Source: Vallitalea okinawensis (GTDB taxonomy: Bacteria; Bacillota; Clostridia; Lachnospirales; PQDH01). From it: DNA of 64,000 nt. Location of the stretch: NCBI RefSeq assembly GCF_002964605.1, contig NZ_PQDH01000002.1:541090-605089 (forward strand), read 5' to 3'. The notes under the pieces were generated by a model, which did not search any database, was not told the origin of the DNA, and was given only the letters and a program-made list of their open reading frames with translations. Shown here in pieces: positions 19,829-28,900 of this stretch. The first letter of the stretch is position 1, and each line of letters starts with the position of its first letter. The position numbers and the translations under genes are program-made.

Positions 19829-21583
19829 CTAGTATGAAAACCAAAAAACAACACCGTCATTGACATTATAAACACCATATTTCAACTCATGTGCCTCAAT
19901 TATACTTTTAACAATAGAAAGTCCAAGTCCTGTTCCATCGACCTCTCGATTATGTGAAAGATCTTTCTTATAGAATTTTTCCCAAACTCTGACTTTATCT
20001 TCTTCAGTAAATGACTCACAGCAATTTTCAATTTCAAACTTATGTTGAGTATCATACATGATGCTCCGAATTTTAATGATACTGTTATCATCAGCATATT
20101 TGATTGCATTGCTCATTAAATTTTGGATAGCACTTTTCATCATCTTTTCTTCACAGTTTATATGACCCCATTCACCTGAGAAATCAATGAGTAGTCCCCG
20201 ATCTGATAGCATATGTTCAAAACTCTGTATTAAGTTAAAAACCATGACTTCTAGGTCCATATCTTCTTTAGTTAATTTGTTACCCAAAAGATCAAATTTA
20301 GATATTTGAAGCATACTCTGTACTAAGTCATCCATTTTTTTACTCTCTTCCACTATAGCATCAACATATTCTTCGGTATGATCTTTTCCAACACCATCTC
20401 TAATGCCTTCCGCATAGCCCCTTATGATACCTATAGGCGTTTTTAATTCATGAGATGCATTGGCAACAAACTCGTGTTGTGCCTTTTGCCTTCTAACTTC
20501 TAAATCATAGTCTTCTTGTAGTTGATCTTTTGCCTTTGTTAATTCATTGATAGATCTTTCTAGACTTTTTGACATAGAGTTTAAGCTCCTTGATAGCTGC
20601 CCCAATTCATCACTACGTGATTCCTCAAGCTTAATGTCAAAATCTAGATGTGCCATCTTATTAGCAGCATTATTAATTGTAATAATGGGTCTACTGACCC
20701 AGAAGGAATGTATAAATGCAAGAATTAAGGAAGCTATTAGAGAAAACAACAGCATGTATGGATAAAAAGATGTTAGTACGCGGACTGTTTCACTAATGGG
20801 TTGTAGTGATGCCAAGACATATAAGTACTTGTCACTACCATTAATTCTTATCGCTCTTCTCAGCTCAACTTGTCTGATATCTGTATGGGGAATTTCACTG
20901 ATTGTATAGATAACATCACTTTTGGACCCTGTTTCTTGTATAGAGAAGATCTCATCTCCGGTCTTACTTGGAAGGGTTAAGTTTTCTTTAACACTAATAA
21001 TCTGAGCATATATGTTTATGATATCGCCTTTAATATTTTCATTATTATTGACATCCATCACAACGGAGTTCATATGAATAGGTGTTATGACATCATTTTC
21101 ACCGATTACTCCTTCAAGGTCAATCCAGTCTCCCTGCTGAATGTTAAGGTTATCATATTCTTCAGATGTAATAAATAGATCATAATAATTGTTATCACTT
21201 TCCACAATAGTCAATAAAACATATTTCGCCTTTTCATCATTATGACTTTCTTCAATACCATCTATTTCTTCCTCAGTGTTTTTGTCCTCTTTCTCTCTTT
21301 CTTCTCTTTCTTCTCTTTCTTCGTTAACTTCATCTGCAACTGATATGGTTACATTATTATTCACAGAAAATAAGTCTAGTTGTCTATAAAGTTCATCATT
21401 CGACCAATTGTTCAGTTCATAGTCTACTTCGAATTGATTAATAGCATTTATAAGTTGATTGATTTTAGCTTGCTCATAATACTGACTAAAATATATATTT
21501 AAAGCAATAACTAAGACAGCGATTAGTAAGATAAAGCCAACAAATATAGCACTGAAAAGCTTATAACTAATGGACTTTTTCAT
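19829..21583 (-). CDS. sensor histidine kinase (HAMP-HisKA-HATPase) with a large extracytoplasmic domain
   Basis: N-terminal TM, second TM near residue 280, H-box FVANASHELKTPIG, C-terminal N/G-box NLMSNAIKYA...GTGLGLSIVK. Confidence 0.85.
   Translation of the reverse strand: MKKSISYKLFSAIFVGFILLIAVLVIALNIYFSQYYEQAKINQLINAINQFEVDYELNNWSNDELYRQLDLFSVNNNVTISVADEVNEEREEREEREKEDKNTEEEIDGIEESHNDEKAKYVLLTIVESDNNYYDLFITSEEYDNLNIQQGDWIDLEGVIGENDVITPIHMNSVVMDVNNNENIKGDIINIYAQIISVKENLTLPSKTGDEIFSIQETGSKSDVIYTISEIPHTDIRQVELRRAIRINGSDKYLYVLASLQPISETVRVLTSFYPYMLLFSLIASLILAFIHSFWVSRPIITINNAANKMAHLDFDIKLEESRSDELGQLSRSLNSMSKSLERSINELTKAKDQLQEDYDLEVRRQKAQHEFVANASHELKTPIGIIRGYAEGIRDGVGKDHTEEYVDAIVEESKKMDDLVQSMLQISKFDLLGNKLTKEDMDLEVMVFNLIQSFEHMLSDRGLLIDFSGEWGHINCEEKMMKSAIQNLMSNAIKYADDNSIIKIRSIMYDTQHKFEIENCCESFTEEDKVRVWEKFYKKDLSHNREVDGTGLGLSIVKSIIEAHELKYGVYNVNDGVVFWFSY
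21291..21323. repeat. in-frame tandem 9-bp repeat (TTCTCTTTC, about 3 copies) encoding EEREEREERE in the kinase sensor domain
   Basis: Direct reading of the sequence. The repeat unit is a multiple of 3, so changes in copy number keep the frame. Confidence 0.7.
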
Positions 21584-22248
21584 TCCGTCACCTCAAACTT
21601 ATACCCTTTGCCTACAACAGTTATGATATACTTCGATGCTTCTTTTAATTTTTTTCTCAGCATTTTAATATTTGTATCCACTATCCTACCATCACCAAAA
21701 TAATCATACTCCCATATCAAATTAATTAACTTATCTCTAGAATAAACATACCCTTCATTATTAACGAGTTCTAGAAGAAGATCATATTCTCTAGCAGTTA
21801 ATGTGATTGCTTCTTTACTAACAGTTACTTTTAATTTATTAGTCTCAATGGTTATGATGCCTTTACTTATGATATCTTTATCTTTGTTACGGAAAACTCT
21901 CTTAATTAAAGCATTCACTCTAGCCAACAACACTTTTGGGCTAAATGGTTTTACGACATACTCATCTGCACCATACTCAAACCCCATCAATTTGTCATCT
22001 TCTTCACTTCTTGCACTAACAATGACAATAAGTACATCAGATTTATTGCGTAATCGACGACATACTGAAAAACCATCCAGTTTAGGTATCATAACATCTA
22101 AAATCACAAGATCAATATTTTCCTCATCAAATATAGTTAACGCTTCTTCGCCATCATAGGCAGAAAAAACTTTATATTCTTCTTGAAGTAAATAATCTTT
22201 TATAAGTTTATTCATTTTTTTATCATCTTCAACAACTAAAATATTCAT
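21580..22248 (-). CDS. OmpR-family response regulator
   Basis: Receiver domain (NILVVEDD...DLVILDVMIPKLDG) and winged-helix C-terminus (...GYVYSRDKLINLIWEYDYFGDGRIVDTNIKMLRKKL). Confidence 0.85.
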   Translation of the reverse strand: MNILVVEDDKKMNKLIKDYLLQEEYKVFSAYDGEEALTIFDEENIDLVILDVMIPKLDGFSVCRRLRNKSDVLIVIVSARSEEDDKLMGFEYGADEYVVKPFSPKVLLARVNALIKRVFRNKDKDIISKGIITIETNKLKVTVSKEAITLTAREYDLLLELVNNEGYVYSRDKLINLIWEYDYFGDGRIVDTNIKMLRKKLKEASKYIITVVGKGYKFEVTE

Positions 22249-22370
22249 ATCATCACCTAAATCATTAACTATGTATTCATCATTAATATCATCCTATATG
22301 TATAGTAAAAAGTATACAATACCTGTTTTATTGTGGCAAGGTAATATCAAATCCTTTTTGTTACTTGTGT

Positions 22371-22399
22371 AAAAAGCAGTCACCCTGACTGCTTTTTAA
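22371..22399. terminator. bidirectional terminator between the secreted-protein genes and the response-regulator gene
   Basis: Stem AAAAAGCAGTCA / TGACTGCTTTTT with a 3-nt loop. Runs of A and T flank it. Confidence 0.55.
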
Positions 22400-22407
22400 C
22401 TCATCTA

Positions 22408-23595
22408 TTAATCATTTCTACCTTCAGATCCCTCACTTCCATGAGATTCTCCGCTCTCTTTAGATTCAGATGTACCCTCTCTTGAACCTCCACTACTCTC
22501 TCCAGATTCAGTAGACGTACCGCTTTCTGCATTTTCACCATTCTCGCCATTTCCAAATTCTGCGTGAGTTACCCATGTGTTAAAACTCTCGTTAGTTGGT
22601 AATGATAAATTAATGTTTTCTCCTACTGCCAAGTTAACGGGTGTTGTTGGACCAAGTTCTGTTCCATTGTTTAAGTGTATTTCCACTCTTGCTCTTGTTA
22701 ATACCTGATTACCCACATTTTGCAATGTTCCTTCAAAGGCTTTTTTTGAGCTGTTATATTGAAGTACTAATCTTGCACCATTCTTTGTCACATCATAGGT
22801 TTCATTTTTTGCTAAGGTCATTGCTCCTGTACTCATTCCTTCTTCACCTGACTCTGATCCTTCTCCACTATGGGATTCACCAGCTTCACCGCTTCCCTCT
22901 ACTCCTTCTCCAGTCTCTTTACCTTGGCCTTCTGCTTCTGGGTGTATTTCCCATGCATCAAACTGTACACCTTTTGCTTCTGGTTCTTTGCTAACTAATA
23001 ATTCTACAGTAACTTTTTCTCCTGGTTGTAGATCCCCTACTGGTTCTGGTCCAAGTTCTACCACAGTTTTTGCTCCTGATTTTAAATTTAACTCGATTAG
23101 AATACCATTAATAACTTGATCCGTTACATTTTCAACGATTCCATAAAATCTTCCTTTGGCTTGATCATATTGCATGTTTGTACGGATACCATTGACTACG
23201 CCATCCCAACTTTCATCTAATTGTAAGATAGGGCTTGATGGATCTCCACTTTCGCCTTCATCATTTTCAGAATATCCTTCACTACCCTCTGGATGGGTAG
23301 CTCCTGATTCATTACCTTCGTAAGAAGCACTTGTGATGATGACAGAGTTCGTATTTTCATCCCACTCCACTGTAGCTCCAAAATTTTCAGCAATAAATCT
23401 TAATGGGACCATCGTCCTTCCGTCTATTATTATGGGTTCTATATCACTTTGTATTTGATTTCCATCAATAAATATGCTCACTGGATTTATAGTTGCGCTA
23501 ACTGTACCAATACTTAATATCAATACTAAAACAATTGTTATTATTATACTTTTTCTATTTCTTTTCATTTTTTGTTTTCTCCTTTCGTTCTTCAC
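22408..23595 (-). CDS. secreted protein with a copper-amine-oxidase N-terminal-like domain, then two copies of a novel repeat domain (about 110 aa) joined by acidic G/S/E linkers
   Basis: Signal peptide (IIITIVLVLILSIGTVSA). The cpl_amine_ox_N-like block is VPLRFIAENFGATVEWDENTNSVII. The repeats end in W(E/V)(I/T)H(P/A)E(A/F)(E/G). Low-complexity GE/GS-rich segments lie between them. Confidence 0.6.
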   Translation of the reverse strand: MKNERRKQKMKRNRKSIIITIVLVLILSIGTVSATINPVSIFIDGNQIQSDIEPIIIDGRTMVPLRFIAENFGATVEWDENTNSVIITSASYEGNESGATHPEGSEGYSENDEGESGDPSSPILQLDESWDGVVNGIRTNMQYDQAKGRFYGIVENVTDQVINGILIELNLKSGAKTVVELGPEPVGDLQPGEKVTVELLVSKEPEAKGVQFDAWEIHPEAEGQGKETGEGVEGSGEAGESHSGEGSESGEEGMSTGAMTLAKNETYDVTKNGARLVLQYNSSKKAFEGTLQNVGNQVLTRARVEIHLNNGTELGPTTPVNLAVGENINLSLPTNESFNTWVTHAEFGNGENGENAESGTSTESGESSGGSREGTSESKESGESHGSEGSEGRND

Positions 23596-23602
23596 CTATT
23601 AT

Positions 23603-24676
23603 TTAGTTGCTACCATTTTCATTATGGGATTCACTTGCTTCACCACTTCCACTTTCACCTGAGGTACCATGTTCTGAAGCTTCACCACTCTCCCCGTTTT
23701 CACCACTACCAAATTCAGCGTGTGTTACCCATGAACTAAAGTCCTCATTAACTGGTAAAGAGAAATTAATGGTTTCTCCTGCAGCCAAGTCTACTGGAGT
23801 TGTTGGGCCAAGTTCTGTTCCACTATCTAAGTGAATTTCTACTCTTGCTCTTGTTAAAACTTGGTTACTTACATTTTGCAGTGTACCCTCAAAAGCTTTT
23901 TTTGAACTATTATATTGAAGAATCAATCTTCCGCCATTCTTCGCTATATCATAAATTTCATTCTTAGCTAGAGTTAACGCTCCTGTACTGGTTCCTTCCT
24001 CACCTGACTCTGATCCTTCTCCACTATGAGATTCCCCAGCTTCACCGCTTCCTTCTTCGCCCTCACCACTTTCACTGCCTTGGCCTTCAGCCTCTGGATG
24101 TATTTCCCATGCATCAAATTTAACTCCCTTTGCTTCTGGTTCTTCACTTACTAATAATTCTACATTAGCTTTTTCTCCAGGTTGTAGATCCCCTACTGGT
24201 TCTGGTCCAAGTTCCACTACTGTTTTTGTTCCTGATTTTAAATTTAACTCAATTAAAATACCTTTAATAACTTGGTCGGTTACATTTTCAACGATTCCGT
24301 AAAATCTTCCTTTGGCTTGGTCATATTGCATATCCGTACGGATACCATTAACTACACCATCCCAACCTTCATCTAATTGTAAAATTGGACTTGATGGATC
24401 TCCACTCTCACCTTCGCCGCCTTCTTCTGAATGCCCTTCGCCTCCTTCAGTGTGAGTTGCTCCTGACTCGTTACCACCTTCTGCCTCACTGCCTTCACCA
24501 TTCTCATTTTCTTGATGTGATTCTGCAATTTCATTGTTACCATTTTCAACATCAACATTAGGTGAGTCTGAACATCCTACCATTAATGCTATTGTCAGCA
24601 TACTCACTACCCCTAAAATCAAGAATCTCTTCATATATATCTTTTTCATAATCTTTAACTCCTTTCCTTTAATCAA
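23603..24676 (-). CDS. lipoprotein paralog of 22408..23595 (same two repeat domains, acidic linkers)
   Basis: Lipobox MVGCSDS. Long stretches are near-identical to the downstream gene at both protein and DNA level, for example SSPILQLDEGWDGVVNGIRT... Confidence 0.6.
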   Translation of the reverse strand: MIKGKELKIMKKIYMKRFLILGVVSMLTIALMVGCSDSPNVDVENGNNEIAESHQENENGEGSEAEGGNESGATHTEGGEGHSEEGGEGESGDPSSPILQLDEGWDGVVNGIRTDMQYDQAKGRFYGIVENVTDQVIKGILIELNLKSGTKTVVELGPEPVGDLQPGEKANVELLVSEEPEAKGVKFDAWEIHPEAEGQGSESGEGEEGSGEAGESHSGEGSESGEEGTSTGALTLAKNEIYDIAKNGGRLILQYNSSKKAFEGTLQNVSNQVLTRARVEIHLDSGTELGPTTPVDLAAGETINFSLPVNEDFSSWVTHAEFGSGENGESGEASEHGTSGESGSGEASESHNENGSN

Positions 24677-24742
24677 AATGTAATGATCATGAACATATTT
24701 ATACTATAGCAGTTGCGTGTGAGGATAATGTGAGTCTAAGAT

Positions 24743-24782
24743 GTTAGATAAAAGAAAAGAATCTCCTATATAAAGAGATTCT
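24743..24782 (-). terminator. terminator hairpin after the PhzF-family gene
   Basis: 14-bp stem AAGAAAAGAATCTC / GAGATTCTTTTCTT. Followed on the minus strand by TTTTAT. Confidence 0.5.
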
Positions 24783-24814
24783 TTTCTTATGTTAAGATCC
24801 ATATGTACTTTGAG

Positions 24815-25735
24815 TTATATCATCAATTCTGATTGAAAAACATTTACTGCTTCTCCGGAAATTTTCACTTCAACAGGCTCTTTATTTTCTATACTAACTT
24901 CAACTTCAATAATACCAGACCTACCAATAGCCTCTCCTTGCTTAGCTTTGAATTTGAAAAATGCCCCCTTGTGTTTTACCAGTTTATGATGAACAAGGTA
25001 AGCCCCTAGAGGTCCATTAGCATTTCCTGTGACTGGATCTTCATTTATACCGATTGCAGGAGCGAACATTCTACCTTTAACAAAGATGTTTTTACTTGGG
25101 GAATCCAGTGTAAAAACATAATATCCATTACTTCCTATGATTTCACTCAACTTAGAAAGAGCGTTGTAGTCTGGTCCTAGATGATTTAACTTTGTACTGC
25201 TTCTTATGCCTATCATAACTTTAGAGTGACCAGTTGATGCAATTTGAATAGGACAGTTTTCTAATAGATCTTCTTCACTAATACCTATAGCCAATAATAA
25301 AGCTTCCTTGTTCACACCCTCAATATAATTACCAAATTCAATTTTTCCCTGGGTCATTACAATTTTATAATCATCCTTTGTCTTGATGATATCAACTGGA
25401 AGAATCCCAACACCTGATTTTTGTTTGATTCTTGTAGTATTAAGATTATTTTCTACAGCACGTGCATAGTGTGCAGCTATAGTAGCATGCCCACATATTG
25501 GAACCTCATTTACAGGAGTAAAATAACGTATATAAACATCATGGTCAGTTGAATCTGAAGAAAAAATAAAAGCTGTTTCAGAGTTGTTTAACTCTCTTGC
25601 TATTTTCTGCATCTCACTTTCACTTAACCCATCAGCGTTTGTTACAACACCAGCCGGATTTCCAGTAAATTTTTCCTTTGTAAATGAATCGATTTGATAT
25701 AAACGATATTTTTTACTCATGTTTTCCTCCTTCAT
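24815..25735 (-). CDS. PhzF family isomerase (phenazine biosynthesis-like)
   Basis: 306 aa. YQIDSFTKEKFTGNPAGVV N-terminus and overall PhzF/DAP-epimerase-like pattern. Confidence 0.8.
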   Translation of the reverse strand: MKEENMSKKYRLYQIDSFTKEKFTGNPAGVVTNADGLSESEMQKIARELNNSETAFIFSSDSTDHDVYIRYFTPVNEVPICGHATIAAHYARAVENNLNTTRIKQKSGVGILPVDIIKTKDDYKIVMTQGKIEFGNYIEGVNKEALLLAIGISEEDLLENCPIQIASTGHSKVMIGIRSSTKLNHLGPDYNALSKLSEIIGSNGYYVFTLDSPSKNIFVKGRMFAPAIGINEDPVTGNANGPLGAYLVHHKLVKHKGAFFKFKAKQGEAIGRSGIIEVEVSIENKEPVEVKISGEAVNVFQSELMI

Positions 25736-25846
25736 ATTAGGTCTTACTCAATATTTCCATATCATATATGATTTAGATTCGCATCTGTTTATACTTGTTT
25801 TCCCCTTACAAGTAGCTAGGTGAACTACTTAGTTTCAAAGTAAATT

Positions 25847-25878
25847 GCTATACTATGAAACAAATCTCATAGTATAGC
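25847..25878 (-). terminator. hairpin downstream of the giant ATPase gene
   Basis: 12-bp stem GCTATACTATGA / TCATAGTATAGC. The T-tract is weak. Confidence 0.4.
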
Positions 25879-25932
25879 AATAAACAATCCTAACTTCCAA
25901 GTCATGATCTTTTGGTCGTAATCAATCCCTAT

Positions 25933-28900
25933 TTAAGATCTCCCCTTAGCTAGTATATCTTTGATCACTTCTATATTCTCAGTAAGATTACTTAAAACCA
26001 TTACTGCCTGACCTAGCTTATCATCACCCTTGACTAACTTATTTTTTACAAATATCTTCTTAATCTCATCCCAGCGTTGTTGTTCTTCACCGGTTAGACG
26101 ACCCACTATCTCTTTCCACTTAAGCATATTTGCCTCTGCCCCAGTTGTTAATGTCTGTGAATCATTTTCATAGCTTCCAAGAATGACTTGGAACAGCTCT
26201 TCTTCATTCATAACAGAAACAACTTTCTCAGCAATCTTGTTCATATTTCTATAAGAACCTTGAAGCTTAAAAGGTGGTTCACTCCTATACTCATCAGCTT
26301 GAGCAGCAGAATAGATATATGCCATATTCACTTTCAGAACAATATCTCTCACATGAGATAACTTTTCGATAACACCAACATATTCATTAAGTTCATCGAT
26401 AGAGTAATTGCTCTCAAAGTTAACATTTTCTCTTTCGGCTCCACTAGCCATTTCAATAAGACCGTAAAGATCCTTTTGGCTTCTACTAGATAGCTTACTC
26501 AGTACGGTATTAGAAGTTAAGCTATTTTCAATATAACTAAGTTTAAATGCTTCTTCATTTTCTCTAAGCATATCTCCAAGATTATAGACATCAGCTCTAT
26601 TAGAAAGCATATCTGGTATCTTGAATTTTTCACCACTTTCTGTGTAAGGGTTCCCAGCCATAACAACGGCTACCTTCTTACCTCTTAAATCATAGGTCTG
26701 CCCTACACCATTGTAAACCCCTTCTATCTTTCGTTGACCATCGCATAATGAAATGAACTTTTGTAAAAACTCTGGGTTACAGTGTTGAATATCATCAACA
26801 TAGATCATAACATTGTTACCCATCTTTAAGGCTAGATTCAACTTTCTCAGTTCATCTCTTGCACTGGTATTATTAGCTTTAGCTGGGTCTAATGATGTCA
26901 CTTCATGACCTAGGGAAGGACCATTAACTTTGACTAAAATAATGCCAAGTCTGCTTGCAATATACTCCATTAAAGTCGTTTTACCATAACCAGGCGGAGA
27001 AACTAATAGCAACATCCCCATAAGGTCTGTTCGCTTATTCTCTCCAACAACACCGATTTGTTTAGCAAGATTATCTCCTATTAAAGGCAAGTAAACTTCG
27101 TCTATTAACCTATTTCTAACAAATGAGGTGAGTACTTTAGGTTTAAAGTCATCTAAATGCAGTTCATCTTTAAAGCCTTGTATAAGTTCCTTCTTAATTT
27201 CCTGAAACTTCATATAATCTATAGCTATGACATCATCATAATGTACTAACTTATTCATAAACTGAGTATAAGCTAGTTTATATGAACCATTATCAATAAC
27301 CCTATGTGTTCCAACTAATCCTGTTATATTTAATTTAGTGTCAACGCTAATAACTCTACCCAAATTAGAGTTATTTTCAATGAGCAAAACAATAACCTCA
27401 TCAAGTACACCAAACAATTCTTCCTCATCAATATTTTCAAATATACTCACATTGATATCAGAAAGCTCTTCAGATTCAGTTTGATTATTTTGTACCAAGA
27501 TATCTAATCGATAAGCATGAATCCACTCTTTGATAAGATAGAATAGTCCTTCTATATCTTTTGAACTATTTTTTATGGATGCTGTGAAATCATCCATTGC
27601 CTTCTTATCCCTTAAATACATCATGAATCCATCATATATTCTTTTAGCTTCTCTACTGACAACAAATTCTTCACCTTTCATGATCTCTTTACAAAGATAT
27701 TCTGCCGCGCTAGGAACATCTTCTTTATCAAAGAAAGTCATCGAATCAAATGTCTTTTCAAGCTTTTCAATAATATATGGAATGTAGCTCTCTAAATTAG
27801 GTGTTGCTTTAAAATATAAATTAACCTTTGCTAATTCCCTTAATCTAAGAAAGAGCAAATCCTTTGTTTCAGCATCAGCTAAACAATTCCAGTACATTCT
27901 TCCTAACGCCCGAACCTCGCTCTTATAGACTAGCAAATCAATGTTTTGATGTAGTTCTAGTAATGCTTTTAGAATCTTTGCTCCATCGAAATCATGTACA
28001 CCTTTTGTATAACCCTCTTTGTATCTTGGTTCCATGAACTTTTGAACCACTTCAACCAATTGAGACTCAGACATAGAATATAAATTATCTATGCTTTCTA
28101 ATTCTTTATTACTTGCAGCTTTAAACACTAAATAGGCAAGGTATTCAGCTCTATAAACATCTTCATTCTCTGACACGATACTCTGTCCAAACACATGCCC
28201 ATACTTGTCAATCTCCTCATGATTTACTTTATCCCAGAAATCAGTTCCTGTTATATGGTAATACAGGTCGGCATCCTTTTGAACAATAGACAAGTCGATG
28301 GCTTTTGTATTAACAGAGAAATGATGTTGACCCAATTTGATAACATTATCATTTCCGACATAAAGTTCTTGCTTATCTTTTAGTTGACGAATGGCATCCT
28401 CTTTTAAGGTCTTTAATTTTGAGCTGATCTCGTCAGCTTTAACGGTATCCCCTAGTTCTCTTAAAGTAGCTATGATGTCGCGAACCTTTTCTGCCATAAT
28501 GTCAGTAGCTAGATAGCCATTAATATCTTCAACAGAATCAAAATTCTTTACCCTATTGGCAATTCCACTCATAATACGTTCAGATGAGTTAAATAGAGAG
28601 GTCATCCGCTTATTAAGCTTATCTAAAAGGGCTTGTTTCTTACTTTCAAAAGCGCTATAGAGTTCTTCTCTTTTTTCACTAAGTTGAATGACATACTCAT
28701 CAAATTCAGCGAACTTGCCTTCTAATTCCTGTATTTGAACCATAACCTTATTAAGGTACTGATCACATTTATCTACCGTATCTGAGACATCCAGATAATT
28801 GACTACAGCCTGGCTAAGTAGTTTCATTTGAGAATTAAACTGGGTTGTCATTTCACTTTTAGTAAATTCTTCTACCCTTGTTTTTAATCTCGCTTTAGCA

